Shown: positions 1-14,261, numbered from the stretch's first letter. The stretch: DNA of 64,000 nucleotides from Eledone cirrhosa (GCA_964016885.1 OZ024741.1:31558001-31622000), one strand, 5' to 3'. The notes: generated by a model not told the origin, from the letters alone. Program-made: numbers and translations.

Positions 1-2940
1 TGATCAAAAAACAAGATTTTATAAATCTTGATATCTCCAACGCAAGAGATATGCTCCAGCAAGGGAGAAAATTTGTAACTTTCGAAGAAAGAGGTGGGTT
101 TAGAATTAACTCACCCCTTGAAATACTCTCTCAAGAAAGCAATTAGAATAGAATCGATAGGGTATAGCAGAGAGTTAGCCTTAGAGAAAAACAGAATAGA
201 AAGAGAACTAGTAGCCAAGGTAGAGGAGGCACTTAGAAGTGGCAACGCGGCTGGAGTGTTAGCGTCGAGAACGGCACTGTACCAGTTCTTCGATGCGAAA
301 CACGAAGGCTGCGTGGTCAGAAGCAAAACACGTGCTCTAGGAAACGAAGGAGCGAAGGCTGTCAGCTGGACCCGAGTGGCGGAGGCAAAAAGTGGCAACA
401 AGTCCACGATTCGGTCTTTGAAAGACCAAAACGGACGCGTGCTACTTGACCCCAAGCAAATGTGCGCGGCCTTTCAGTGGCACTTTGTGCGACTGTTTGA
501 GCAGAACGACGGTGAGCCGAACGTGGTAATGGACTTTAGTTCATACCTCGACGGCCTGCGCGTCTCTCGAACACGGACGCCGAGTTCTGCAAAAAGACCG
601 ATCACGGACACTGAGATACGGGACGTTCTGGGACGCTGCGTGAAACGCAAGTCACCCGGTCTACCCTACGAATTTTACATTGGCATGCCGGACTTGTTCT
701 CTGGCGTTCTCGAAGCCGTCTACTGCAATTGGCAGCAGAACGGGAGAATTCCCAGTTCTGCAGGCAAGGGCGTAGTAACGCTGATCAGGAAAGACGAGAA
801 CAAGGGGGACGAAATTAACAACTTCAGGCCCATAACTCTGCTCAACACAGAGTTAAAGATTTTGGCTAAGGTGCTAGCGACGAGGTTGGCGCTTGTCGTC
901 GAGAGCCTGGTAGGGAAAGCGCAAACGTGTACAATCCCGACCAGGTCCATACACGACAACCTCCACCTCATGCGATACATCATAGAGAGGGTGGGTAGTA
1001 AAGCCGGCTTCGGTGGGGCTCTGATCAACTTGAATCAGTCTAAGGCATTCGATAGGGTCGACCATCGATACTTGGAAGCGGTTCTCAAGGCGGCCGGTTT
1101 CGGTCCCGTGTTCAGAGGATGGATCGAGGCGATGCACACCAGCATCTGCTCGAGGGTCAAGGTGAACGGCTATCTATCGGAGCCGTTCGCAATCACGCGT
1201 TCCATTCGACAGGGATGCCCTCTCTCCTCAATTCTGTATGTATTGACTCTAGAGCCACTACTGCGGAAATTAGAGCTGTTGCAGGGCATCCCCCTAGAAC
1301 TGGGACTGCGCAAAGTGGCTTCGGCTTATGCCGACGACCTGACAGTAATGGTGTCGAGCACCTCGGAAATCGGGGTGATCGGCAACATACTGAAAGAATA
1401 CGAAACGCTGACGGGAGCAAAACTAAACCCAGACAAGTCTGTCGGTTTGCAACTCGGTACGTGGAGAGGCAAACCGATGACATCCGACAGCGTCGTTGGA
1501 CGCTGGACGGACGGACCGGTGAAATTGCTCGGGGTCTGGTTCGGTCCAGACATCCAGGTGGAGAAAAACTGGAACGAGGTCACGGCCAAGGTGTTTGCAC
1601 TCACTAAGAAGTGGGCAGAGTACAAACTGTCCTTGAAAGGTCGAGCGGAGGTGGCGAACACTTTCATAGCGTCCGTCATCTACTACCGCTTGACTGTCGT
1701 GCCTTGTCCCCGTGAACACCTCGCCAAGATGGAACGCATGCTCTTCCAGTTTCTGTGGAAGAAGCAGGCTCCGCTGGTGAGGAGATCCGTCTGCTGTCAG
1801 CACCCTTCCAACGGAGAGCTGGGAATGCCGTGGCTGATGATGCGCAAACATGCGCTGAGGCTGCGGCATCTCCAGGTATTCCTCACCGACCCGCAACCGG
1901 TGTGGGCACCGTTTGTGAGACAGGCTTTCCCACAGCTATTCGCTAACGGAGCTGCAGTCCTGGGTGAAGAAAAGACCGAAAACGATGGGCGCCTGGCACA
2001 TTGAATGCGCTCAGGCGCTCACAGTCCTCTGGCAAGCGGGCGCAGCAATCAGTGGAGACTCCACTTCGACATTCTATAGAGGGATTGTACGTTACAAGGG
2101 CGACGACGTGCTCGGAGAGACTCTGGGCGTCGAAGACGATGAGCTTACCAGTCTGTTTGGTAGGACTTTCCGCCCGGGACCTATGGACAACTTCCAGAGG
2201 TCCCTGGTCTGGCAGTGCTACCGAGGAGCTCTACCGGTTCGTGACAAGATCTACAGGCACGGACGCCCTGGCAGGGATCCTTCCAAGAGGACGTGTCCAA
2301 GATGTGCGCAGGACATTGAAACAGTTCTGCACGCAATTGTACACTGCCCGGGCGTAAGCGACCTGTGGAACTATGCAGAACAACTGCTGTCGCGTATGGG
2401 ACAAATACAGTTGACTGCCGAGTCCATAGTAAGGATCAAACCGCCAGACTCTTTCAAAAACGAAAGAGAGGCGGTTTTCCTCTGTACGGTGGCTATGGTG
2501 AAAGAAGTTATATGGTGGACGAGGTTGAGAGGACTGAGGACAGATGCCTTTCTCTCCGGACAACGATTGATTCCCTTCTTTAAGTATCACTTTAGAAGGA
2601 GAATCAGGGTGGAGAGAGAGGCACTTCACCCCAGTAAATTTACTGAAATGGTGGGTGAATGAAGCGAAAATGGCCCGAGTGATTGGGCCTTCTCTGTTTA
2701 TAAGCCTGTAGGTTGAGGAAGAGAGCAAAAGGAAGAAAGGAGCACTTGCACAACACGCTCCTCGAGTTGAGGGTTGTTCTATCGACGGGGTATTAAACCC
2801 ATTTGTGGCGCCTCCCCCCTATTGGGGATTTCGATTGTTGAAATTGTTTGTTTTTATATTTTTTACATGACTATGTAAAATCCCCGGCATGTCTTTGTAT
2901 TGTCCCCTTTCTTGTTGCGCCCTTGTGGCTAATAAAGAAA
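1..2940 (+). mobile_element. Tx1/L1-clade non-LTR retrotransposon (RT + C-terminal CCHC zinc finger), frameshifted, with 3' UTR ending in AATAAA + (TCTA)n
   Basis: ORF 94-2004 has RT motifs FRPITLLNTELKILAK, KAFDRVDH, IRQGCPLS, YADD. Overlapping ORF 1964-2662 continues it with CPRC..ETVLHAIVHC. AATAAA at ~2931 precedes tctatcta repeats. Confidence 0.92.
94..2662 (+). pseudogene. LINE ORF2 reverse transcriptase, split by a frameshift near 1964-2004
   Basis: Two overlapping ORFs give consecutive RT and zinc-finger parts. Confidence 0.88.
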
Positions 2941-2989
2941 TCTATCTATCTATCTATCTATATATCTATTATATATATATATATATATC

Positions 2990-3220
2990 TGTGCTCCTGA
3001 GGAGAAGGGTTGCACACTTTTTTTAGGGGGGTGTGTGCGACCCCCCAAGGCGCCTCCTCCCTATTGAGGATTTTGTTATAAAATTTATTTTGTTATGTTG
3101 TATTTTATTTTTATATCTTGTCATTGCCTCCTCCTTATTGAGGACGCCTTGTTATGTAAACTCCCCCCATTGTACTTGTCCCACTTTTTGATGCCCTGGT
3201 GGCAAATAAAAAGAAAATTA

Positions 3221-3222
<2 letters not shown>
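2990..3222 (+). mobile_element. 3' UTR fragment of a related Tx1-like LINE
   Basis: Similar to 2755-2940 (ggcgcctcc..cctattg.ggattt, ccc.ggtggc.aataaa). Confidence 0.7.
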
Positions 3223-3272
<50 letters not shown>

Positions 3273-3393
3273 TCTATCTATCTATCTATATATATAGAGA
3301 GAGAGGGGGAGAGAGAAGGAGAGGGAGAGGGTGAGAAAGAAATACATATGCACATGCACACACACACACACGCGCGCACATATATATACATAC

Positions 3394-3475
<82 letters not shown>

Positions 3476-3703
3476 ATATAAGGTGTTCATGTAAGTACGT
3501 GTTTTTCTCCTTCTACCCTCTCTGTGATTGAATGAAATTCGAAATACATGAATAGAAAGATCAATTGAAAACATGCTTCAAGTGGTCTTTATTTATTTCC
3601 TTATGCCTGGTATTAAAATTGTAAAATCACAGTTATTTTAGTTGTAAATATGTATATATGTGTATGTATATATATATATGTGTGTATGTATATATATATA
3701 CAT

Positions 3704-3800
<97 letters not shown>

Positions 3801-3852
3801 TACACATACACACACACATAAATATATATATATATATATATTTTTTTTTTTC

Positions 3853-4091
3853 AGAGGAGACTGATGTTAGCTGGACATGCTGACCGACATGCAGAGTTGA
3901 CATTGCACTCAGTGCTCCTTTGGGAGCCCCTACATGGACACACTGGAAGAGGAAGATCAAGGTTAACGTATGTTGATGCCTTAAGGACAGACACTGGTCT
4001 GTTGGAGAAGCAGGACATGGCAGCGATAATGAGGGACAGAGACCGCTGGAGAGAAATCGTCCATGGATCTCCGGAATTTTACCCGCCCTAG
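3853..4091 (+). mobile_element. 3' end fragment of RTE-type LINE
   Basis: [33 protein letters not shown]; same 3' terminus (tttacccgccctaga) at 21873. Confidence 0.8.
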
Positions 4092-4287
4092 ATATATATA
4101 TATATATATATATATAAGCAACAGTTTAACAAGGTTCATTGATTAATCAATGAATACAGTTTTACAATAAAGTAGAAGCACTCAACAGTATAATATATAT
4201 ATATATATATATCATATATCATGTCCATAGAATCAGATATATATATATATATTATGGTCCACCTGGTTCCTTACCACATTTCCTTCG

Positions 4288-4358
<71 letters not shown>

Positions 4359-4379
4359 GTACTTATATATATATATGTA

Positions 4380-4447
<68 letters not shown>

Positions 4448-4548
4448 TTTATATATATATATGCATATATACGTATGTATGTATATATACATATGTATGT
4501 ATATATACATAGACATACATATATTATATATATATGTATATATCTACA

Positions 4549-4601
<53 letters not shown>

Positions 4602-4605
<4 letters not shown>

Positions 4606-4965
4606 GGTGTTGGATGCCTAGAGCGTCCGTATGCGGTAGGCCATTTGAGCACTCGATGCTCTCATAGAGCAGAGTATGATATCACAGAAATAAAAGAGAA
4701 TCAGTGTTGCGACGAATGGAATTTATTGGACATATTACAATCGTTTCTCTGCCGAACAGCTCGAGGCACGATCGATATGATGATCGAACTTGACTCTGAA
4801 AATCGCATGGTCCTCAGATACGTCTTGATTCTGCGAAGCAGATTTTCCTAATTAGGATTTTTCACATTTGGAATATCTGTGCCTCGAGCTGGTCGGCATA
4901 GAAACGATTGTAATATGTCCAATAAATTCCATTCGTCGCAACACTGATTCTCTTTTTTTTCTGTG

Positions 4966-4967
<2 letters not shown>
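4602..4967. repeat. Inverted-repeat insert (arms ~4680-4770 / 4879-4967), PLE pLTR-like; partial second copy 10362-10585
   Basis: Arms are reverse complements and the insert is flanked by (TA)n. Confidence 0.85.
4729..4824 (-). ncRNA. Candidate type I hammerhead ribozyme with long stem II
   Basis: GACGUAU-CUGAGGA-[63 nt]-GAAA-CGAUUG-UA-AUAUGUC; 7-bp stem I, but base of stem II pairs poorly. Confidence 0.55.
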
Positions 4968-4998
<31 letters not shown>

Positions 4999-5220
4999 AA
5001 TATATATATATATACATCAAATATATATATATATATATACGTAGCTACACAAACAGACATATACGCCAACCAGTACACACGCATTCACACATACTTATAT
5101 CCTCATTGCAATAGACAGTGTCAGAGAATAATATCTGTCTATGACGTTAATACTATATTAACGTCTCTCTTTGCTGCAGCGGAAGTTAAATTAAATATTT
5201 ATGACGGTATCTCCGTATAC

Positions 5221-5311
<91 letters not shown>

Positions 5312-5362
5312 TATGTATATACATATATATGTATATACATATATATGTGTATATGTATATAC

Positions 5363-5401
<39 letters not shown>

Positions 5402-6178
5402 CATATATATATACATATATATGTATATACATATATATATATATACATATATATGTATATGTATACATATATATATATATATATATGAGTGTGTGTGTGT
5501 ATGTGTGTGTGTTTGTAAATATATATATATTGCATCAGCAAGGAATCTCACTTTATTAACAAATACGGACCCCGTCTAAACACTTCTCCCTAAGACGAAC
5601 CCACAACATACACACTTCAACATACATACCTACATCAGCATACATCCTACATACATCTCTAACCACATATAAACACAATGACATACGTAAACACACATGT
5701 TCTATGGTGCAACACAAATATACACAAATTTGGATACCTTTTGATGTCTATAGATATAAACGTGCCGACACACACACACATACATAAACGCACACATGCA
5801 TTGCACACTGATGGGCACATACATATTTGTACACAAGTATTCCAATACGGCAAGGCCTAATGGATACCCCTTGCAGTATGTACAATCTGGACACTCACAC
5901 ACACCTTTGTATTATGCCAATACTATATATCATTTCACCCCTTTTATTATTAAGGTTTTTGATGTTCTATTGAGAGAATCGTTTTTACTGAAAATATCGA
6001 ATAATGTACACCATTTTTACCAGTATCACAAAAACACTGGTCCACCCACACACAGACACACACATTCTCACACACACACACGCACACACACATATACACA
6101 CACACACGCACACACACATATACACACACACACACACACCACACACACATACACACGCGTACATTAACATACAAAGAG

Positions 6179-6246
<68 letters not shown>

Positions 6247-6353
6247 CTCCGTATAAGACAAGAGCTGAAAAATATCTTTTAACATGTTAAAATATCACCC
6301 ACACACGTACAGACACATTGCTACTGACCATCCCTCTACCACGAATTACTCTG

Positions 6354-6418
<65 letters not shown>

Positions 6419-6559
6419 TCTCAATAGGCATTTGAACTGTCAACAGGCTGCGGGTCGCACACACATCCCTGCTGACCATTATCACAACAACGAACCTCTT
6501 TACTACTACTACTACTACACACACACACACACACATATTTGTTTTGAAATACTTATTTT

Positions 6560-6860
6560 TCAGTGACTTCTCAATCAGCCGACACAAACCTACATTTGGC
6601 GCAAAATCAATTTTTAACATTCACATGACCTCTACTGACCAATCAAAATTGTTTTGACCACAAGAATTTTTGCAACACGAATTGGCGCGAAACTTATTTT
6701 AGTACATCTGGAGCCACTTTTTTCACATAAAAGGTAGAATTTCCAAAACTAATCAGATTAGAGCAAACATCACGGGCGCTCTATCTCAAAATTATTTTTG
6801 AAAGGCATTAGAAATGCGCAACCGGTAAAACTTAAAACCCAAACTGAATACTAACCAATA
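6560..6860 (+). mobile_element. Diverged relative of the 14866-15530 element with a decayed hammerhead-like motif
   Basis: Shares gaccaatcaaa, gaattggcgcgaaa, gagccactttt with reverse complement of 15100-15200; TTGAAAG-gcatt..aatgc-GCAA-ccgg-TA near 6797-6827. Confidence 0.55.
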
Positions 6861-6999
6861 CTATTACTAATTTTTACTTATTCGTAATTAAACAATTTTT
6901 CACTGGGAACAATTTGTCGGCATTTTCTTTTCCGTTTACCAATATATCATAACTGGTGTGTTACACCTGTATTCTTTTAAATATATATATATATATTTA

Positions 7000-7940
7000 T
7001 TTATTAAAATAACAGATTAAAGTTTTAGCAAAGAATCGCTGCTTTCACCCTTAACGGGATCTTCTGAAACTAACAAAGTCAATCTGTGAACGCAGAAGTG
7101 AATATTTAAAAAAACGTTGCAACCAGAGGAAGACAGGAAGACGATACTTTGGTTCGTGGAAACGTTCCCTGGCAATGAACGGGAAAAAACGAATATAATA
7201 CGTCATTATTTGGAGCGGTGAAAAACAATTACACGTAAAGACAAAACCACGTAAATGGTATAACTGAAGTCGTAGACTAAAATTCTAACTAGGAAACCGA
7301 ATGATTCTCGGCTTCAGGGTTAAGAATAAAGTAAATAAAATACAGAGGTAATCGAAAATAAATAAATACATACACGTATCCCTATACGTACATACTCAAG
7401 CATACGCGAAAACACTCTCCATAGATATACAAATACTCGCACGTACACTAAAAAAAACCAAAAAAAACCCGCACGCACATACAGAACCCACGCAACGCCT
7501 GTACCCGCACGCATACGAATGTATACACCAAATACACATACAATTATATATAAAAATATACATATTATTATATATACGTGTGTGTGTGTGCGTGTATACA
7601 TATAATTAAATAAACGTATATAAATAAATAAATACGAATATAACAAGCGCACACACATACCTACATGTAAATACACATATATTCGGAGACGACGTCAACC
7701 AAAACACGAAGTACACATATACACACACCCTACATACGTACGAACCCGCACACTCACACAGACGCAAAACTCACGTATACACATAACCAAAAGCATATGT
7801 ACCAGAATATATAATATATACGCCATAACATATACAATCAAATATACGTACGAGAAAGTATAAGTACCTCCACAAAACATACAGGTAATATATACTTACC
7901 TATACAAATAACTTATGGTATAAACATAACATATACTTAG
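7000..7940 (-). mobile_element. PLE-type 3' UTR/pLTR, family B
   Basis: 7003-7157 matches 22048-22200 and the reverse complement of 15720-15822. Confidence 0.6.
7021..7071 (-). ncRNA. Hammerhead-like motif with CAGAAGA core (family B)
   Basis: AGUUU-CAGAAGA-uCCCguuaaGGGu-GAAA-GCA..UGC-UA-AAACU. Confidence 0.6.
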
Positions 7941-7943
7941 CTA

Positions 7944-8001
<58 letters not shown>

Positions 8002-8047
8002 GTGTGTGTGTGTATGTATATATATGTCATTTATATATATATATATA

Positions 8048-8740
8048 CTAGCATTAAAGTCCGGCGTTGCTCGGGGTCAGTAAGTTACCAAAGTTAGGTT
8101 GCACCACCCATTTTATCGCAGCACTTTTTCGTCTGCCAGGCACTGGGTGAATGAATTGCAGACCTGGACTGCCGAAGCGTGAGTTGCGCCAGCAGTGATA
8201 ATTGTAGTTTCGCCTATGGATATTATGTCTGTGCAAAGAAGTGTTGAAATTTATTGTTTCACAGTACTTGCGCAACACGCACGTAGACGATGCCAGCCGA
8301 ACAACAGAGCTGCGATTGAGTTGTTCTGCATGGTTGTCTAATGTGTGTTTTCTAAATTTAAGACAGTAGGGAGGGGTGTCATATGGGTGAGAGTTAGCTG
8401 CTGTTTCTAGCAGGTTTAGTGACCTCATAGAGGATATGTGTTTTCTGAATTTAAGACAGTAGGGAGGGGTGTCATATGGGGGAGAGTTAGCTGCTGTTTC
8501 TAGCAGGTTTAGTGACCTCATAGAGGATATTATTGTGTATAGTAAATGAACTGATACTTCTTTCTTCCACGTTCGTTGATAGATGTTTTAAAAAAAGATT
8601 TATCGCTATTTTTTTTTGTTGTTGAATAAATTTTATCTGTTGCTTTTGAATAATTGTTGTTTGGTATGAAATGTAATAAGTTCTCTTCGTTGTCATTGAA
8701 GTAAATAAATGGTTGACCGTCCCACACTCAAAAACAAACG
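8048..8740 (-). mobile_element. Non-autonomous Helitron-like element with internal 93-bp tandem duplication (8344-8529)
   Basis: Minus strand ends in GC hairpin (cccgagcaacgccgg) followed by CTAG-T; 5' boundary uncertain. Confidence 0.6.
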
Positions 8741-9139
8741 TTCTCTCTCTCTCTCACTCTCTTCTCTCCCCCTCTCTCTCTCCTTCATTTCTTTCTCTCT
8801 TCTTTCTTCGGCGTTCCTAAAGAAAGTTGGTAAGGAGAGGGTTTAAGCGTATATAAGAGAAAGTTGCAGCATGTATGTAGTTTTATCGAATTTTAAGGGG
8901 AATAGAGAGAGGTTATCAGATTGTATTAGAGGGGTAAAGCGTCATGTATTTAGTTTTATCAATTATTTCCTTAATTGTGGGTGAGTCGGAAAAAAATAAA
9001 TAGTCGTTGAGCTTATTTTCACCATTTACAATATTCATACAGACTTTGAGTCGAATCGGTTTGAAATTGTGCAAATCTATAAACATGGAACATGCACACT
9101 CACACACACAACAACAACAACAATCTGCCTTTTAAAGAT

Positions 9140-9321
9140 AATTGTTTCTCCTTTTGGCACAAGGCCAGCAATTACCCAGTGCATTACTGGTACTTTATTT
9201 TATCGACCCCGTAAGGATGAAAGGCAAAGTCAACCTCGGCGGGATTTGAACTCAGATCGTTAAGGGACGTAACTATGCTGGAAAGCATGGCGTCCGACCC
9301 TCGACCGATACTGCCAATCCA
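9140..9321 (-). mobile_element. tRNA-derived SINE
   Basis: A box TGGCAGTATCGG and B box GAGTTCAAATCCC on minus strand; six related copies in the window. Confidence 0.85.
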
Positions 9322-9989
9322 CATAGATAATGATACATAAAGATTATTTGAAAAGGATTGGAGCTATGAGTGTATATACATTTTCATAAAATTGTATGAA
9401 TCTCCTGAAACGAGGGAATAGCTGTAAACAGCCGGCTGGTATGGACATAGCAAAAGGTCAGGTTAAAATATAACTTTATAATGAGCAGAAGAGAATGAAA
9501 GAAAGAGGGTATAATGCATGAGATGTGAAATGAGAGGAGTAAAGAGAGAGAGCGGGAGAAAGAGTGTGAGAGAAGGGAAGAGAGGGATTGTGGGAATGAG
9601 AACGATGGAGCGATCTTTTTTCATTTGGAGAATTACAAAAGAAAAACAAACCAGTGAAAATTTGAAGAAGAATGTAAACTAAAGAGAAATTAGGAACTAT
9701 AGAGTGGTAATTACCTCATCAGCGTCTCTCAATTGTAAGCAAGTCAAACATGGAATTAGCTGTAAAACAGTCAGATGTTATTATGAATAGCAAGAGATCT
9801 GGTTAAAATATAAACTCTTATGAGCGGAAGGGCGATAAGAAGAGAAAGAGAGAAGGAATGGAATAGAGTGTAAAGTATATGTTGAGAGATGGAAGAGGTA
9901 GGTGGAGATTAAAAGAGGGCACGAGGGCAATGGAGCAAAACATTTGACACGGAGAATTAAGAAAAATAAAACAATGGGGAAAAGCTGAA

Positions 9990-10259
9990 GGACGTAAAAT
10001 AAATAGATAAATATAGCGTTCCCTCTCCTTTCTTCTATCTTACAGCATCCTACACAAGATGGTGTAGGACAGAACAAGGGAGGGACACAAAATAAGAAAT
10101 TACTCACTGAAGAGGTCACAGAATGTGTGAGGAATGATCTTTGCAAATTAACAAACAACCATCCGGTTATTAAAACAACCAACAGGAAATTTGTATTAAA
10201 TTGAAGTGAAAACCAGCTGGTGCGTGTGCTTATATTGACAGCAGGACCCTCTCAAAGTA

Positions 10260-10260
<1 letters not shown>
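9990..10260 (+). mobile_element. Diverged pLTR-like repeat, family Q, with decayed hammerhead
   Basis: Similar to 50710-50955; CTGAAGA-ggtcac..gtgag-GAAT. Confidence 0.65.
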
Positions 10261-10358
<98 letters not shown>

Positions 10359-11474
10359 ATGTAATTGGTGATGGATGCTTAAAGCGTCCGTATGCGGTAG
10401 GCCGTATGAGCACTCGATGCCCTCATAGAGCAGAGTATGATAACACAGTAAAAAGAGAATCAGTGTTGCGACGAAAGGAATTTATTGGACATATTACAAT
10501 TATTTCTCGGGCGGCCAGTTCGAGGCACGATCGATGTGGTGATTGAACCTGACTCTGAAATCTACGAAGCAGATTTTCCTATTATCCTTTAACATCGAAT
10601 TCCTTCGTTTGTTGATTTAGATTCTGTTGTTGTCATTCCATGAATATTTCTAGCCACTCATGGTTGCCCACAGTATGGTTCTTCTCCTTCTCCACCTGTA
10701 AATCAAAATTTCTTCATACATCAGAATTACTACTGTGGTGGGAGAGGGGCTGTAATCTTGAACGGCTGGCATCACTTCGACGTCTTCATTGTCCCTAGGC
10801 GTCCTCGTCCACAGCGGTCAGATACACACCCGCAATTATGCTGTATGCGGCAGTCATTGTAAATAAATGTTTGGAGGGAATTTTTTTAAAAACCAAATTA
10901 TAGGGATATTTAGCATAACATTTGTAACACACAGCCCTAGAATACCCCCCACCATACATATTTAAAAAAAAAAAAAGAAAAAGAAAAAACCTGTATTAAG
11001 AACGTTTTTAAATGAAAGCTTGCAACAGCCTTTCAAACAGAAAGGCGATATCAAAGGTGTTTTCAACAAATACACTCAAGTCTACACTCACACACTGGAC
11101 TCAAGGAAGCCCGCATAGCCGAGATGCCGCACATATATAGACAGATGAAAAAAGAAAAATCCATAGATAGTCATCCATACCCCCACGCAGACATGCTCAG
11201 ACAAATACATCGACCCAGGCATGCGCACACTCGTGCTCTGCATGCCTGTGTGGACACACATACATACATGCACCCGAGTGCTCCCACACCGGAGGCATAT
11301 ACTTGATGAGTACCCCTACATCCGTCTCCACACGCGCAGCTGTGCAGATGGTGCACACAGTGTTATATGAGACAACGCTTATGAGGCTTTGACCCAACCC
11401 GATCACGTGGCAGTATGAGTCCGAAGGTGCCTGCACAATATGCATAATTGTTAAGGCAGCAGAATATCCCTTTA

Positions 11475-11707
11475 GAGAATCGTAAAAGCACATATCGTTA
11501 TATGCTTTTTCTATGAAAATTAGTAGTGGGCAGACTAATTTGCATAGAGTGTGAGTACGTACCGGTTCAACGGAGACGATAAAAACAAATAACGAAACGA
11601 AATTAAATTTCGTTTCGTTTGTAACTCACTTTTGTATGACTGACGCTTAAACAACTACTAATTTTCATAGAAAAAGAATATAACGATATGTGCTTTTGCG
11701 ATTCTCT
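11475..11707. repeat. ~50-bp inverted repeats (MITE-like)
   Basis: gagaatcgtaaaagcacatatcgttata..aattagtagt (11476-11527) mirrored at 11653-11706. Confidence 0.7.
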
Positions 11708-11994
11708 AGAAAGGCCGGGAGATAGGTAAATATTGCTGATGAGTTGTAACAACAACGAAACTAGTTCAATATTCCTTGTCTGGCTTTCTGGAGAATAAAG
11801 GAAAGGTGTTTCCTCAAAAACCAGTATGACTCTAAAAACCGGTTTGTCTGTGTGTTTACATACAGAATAGCTGGACACTCACAGTAAAGTGACCAGTGAA
11901 AAAATCGGTACATCTACATATGTATACGTGTGTGTATTCATATGCATACTAGTATTTCAGTATACATATGTGGATGTACATTTTTAACTTAATT

Positions 11995-12029
<35 letters not shown>

Positions 12030-12030
<1 letters not shown>

Positions 12031-12434
12031 AGATCAAAAGATGGTTAAAGGAGTTCCATGTATTTTATTATGCGCATTTCAAAAACAAACATCATTATGC
12101 AATAATATTTGTGTTTTCATCAGATAAAACAGGAGAACATGATATGAAGGCTAAAAAACACTTGTGGATAGTGCAGTTTTAAATCAACATAACAACTGCA
12201 CTATCCACAAGTGTTTTTTAGCCTTCATATCATGTTCTCCTGTTTCATCTGATGAAAACACAAATATTATTGCATGATGATGTTTGTTTTTGAAATGCGC
12301 ATAATAAAATACATGGAACTCCTTTAACCATCTTTTGATCTTATATTATGTATACTCCAGTCCTACAAACTGTAGAGTGCTTCTTATCCGATATCTGCAT
12401 TGCTTTATTGTACTACAATAAAACTCACCTCCTA
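12030..12434. mobile_element. Palindromic solo pLTR of the PLE at 58400-61520 (family A) with a 3' tail on one arm
   Basis: Arms 12030-12178 / 12194-12345 match 58400-58550; tail 12346-12434 matches the reverse complement of 33245-33335. Confidence 0.9.
12241..12311 (+). ncRNA. Type I hammerhead ribozyme, family A (mirror copy ~12061-12131 minus)
   Basis: CUGAUGA, long stem II, GAAA-UGCGCA-UA, stem I partner AUAAAAUA. Confidence 0.75.
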
Positions 12435-12646
12435 CATATATATATATATATATATCGTATATAAATCTACCAAAATATACGGTAGTGTCTAATCCGTATG
12501 AAGAACTCAATGTAATCCAAATATCATGGAAAGAGAAGATGTATTCAAAATGTTTTCGATGAAAAACACAGGAAAACAGAGTCAAAATAAATTAATAAAA
12601 TTAATGAATAAAAACAAAGAAACAGTTCCTTATATTAAAAAATTCA

Positions 12647-12778
12647 TCATTTTACGATCGTTTCTAGGATATATATGTGTGTGTTGCTATGTATATCATA
12701 TAGATCTATATAAAAGTTTTACAAACTATCAGAGGGAATATATATACCTACACATATATATGCTGTCTTCAGAAATAA
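12647..12778 (-). ncRNA. Type I hammerhead with ~100-nt stem II, inside inverted repeat 12589-12640 / 12779-12830
   Basis: UUAUUU-CUGAAGA-[agcAUAUAUAUGUGU...ACACAUAUAUAUccu]-GAAA-CGAUCG-UA-AAAUGA. Confidence 0.65.
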
Positions 12779-12826
12779 TTTTAATATAAGGAACTGTTTC
12801 TTAGCTCTTATTCATTATTTTTATTA

Positions 12827-12875
<49 letters not shown>

Positions 12876-12880
<5 letters not shown>

Positions 12881-13050
12881 ATAAGGAGAAAAAGACGATT
12901 ATTAGGAAGAAAAATATATTTTTTTCCTTTTATTTTTTCTCTTTTTTCTGGGTTAGAAAATGTTTAAAACAAAATATTTTACTTTGTGTGAAGTGTTAAG
13001 GTATTAGTGAATTTATTTATTAATTAACAATGGCATTTATTTATTTATTT
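12876..13050 (-). mobile_element. Terminal pLTR fragment of the PLE at 30744-32918
   Basis: Matches 30745-30930. Confidence 0.8.
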
Positions 13051-13100
13051 ATTTATTTATAATTATATATATATATAAATAAATATATATATATCTTTAT

Positions 13101-13239
13101 TTATATTTAATATAGAAAGGCTTCTACCGAATGAAACAGTTCTATTCCTGTAGAAGCCTTTCTATATTAAATATTTATACTCAGATATGTATTGAGTACC
13201 ATACTTACTCTGGTAATCCCCGATTAAACCCGGGATAAA

Positions 13240-13241
<2 letters not shown>
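13101..13241 (+). mobile_element. Fold-back pLTR fragment, family C (3' half of hammerhead only)
   Basis: Matches 58207-58320; arms 13101-13126 / 13149-13175. Confidence 0.8.
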
Positions 13242-13284
<43 letters not shown>

Positions 13285-13525
13285 AAAAATATATATATAT
13301 ATGTGTATATATATATATGTATGTATGTATATATACATGAGTGTGCGTAACTCCCTGTGAGTATATGTATAAATAAATAACTATATAGATGAATATACAC
13401 AAATGACTATATAAAATCATTATACATTTTATGTTCAAAACAGACACATCCTTACAATCGAAAATACACTAAGAAACATGAATACACACACACGTGAGCA
13501 CACAGCACACACAATTTTGTATATA

Positions 13526-13557
<32 letters not shown>

Positions 13558-13567
13558 CACTCACACA

Positions 13568-13608
<41 letters not shown>

Positions 13609-13629
13609 ATATACACATATATATTTATG

Positions 13630-13851
<222 letters not shown>

Positions 13852-14261
13852 TTTCAAACAACAATGAAGATACTATTCATCTTCCCTTTATGTTAGGCCA
13901 TTCTCTTTGCAATAAAAGATGAAAAAGGAATAAAATAAAATGACGTCTATTTCACTATCTCTTTATTTCATTCATACCATCTCACTTCCATACAAATACA
14001 CTAATCTTTAAGCTCTTCTTTAGTTCATTTTCCCCGAATCTGCACATACCTATACGCACGCACGTATATATACATATTAAATTCATAAAAGTGTCAATGG
14101 TTTTTATCCTGCAGCCTTTAATTTATCATTAGACATATTAGAAATGGCAGACAAAACTTTTCTAAATTATACCCTGCAGCTATAAAGCAATAGTAAGTAT
14201 GGTTTACTACGTTTATGAATACAACCAGGGGAGAATACTCAATGTATGACATACACCTTAT

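Larger units (their letters stand above)
3220..6530. repeat. Dense (TA)n/(CA)n microsatellite region (similar tracts throughout the window)
   Basis: Directly visible; explains the [12 protein letters not shown] ORFs. Confidence 0.95.

Noticed and set aside
3095-6620. Many [12 protein letters not shown] ORFs here and elsewhere
   Set aside because: Translations of dinucleotide microsatellites
9140-9321. tRNA gene
   Set aside because: A/B boxes belong to a multi-copy SINE with an unrelated 3' body; no cloverleaf
10585-10720. Possible host exon after a minus-strand tttgatttacag acceptor
   Set aside because: All three frames stop quickly and no partner exons or homology are recognisable
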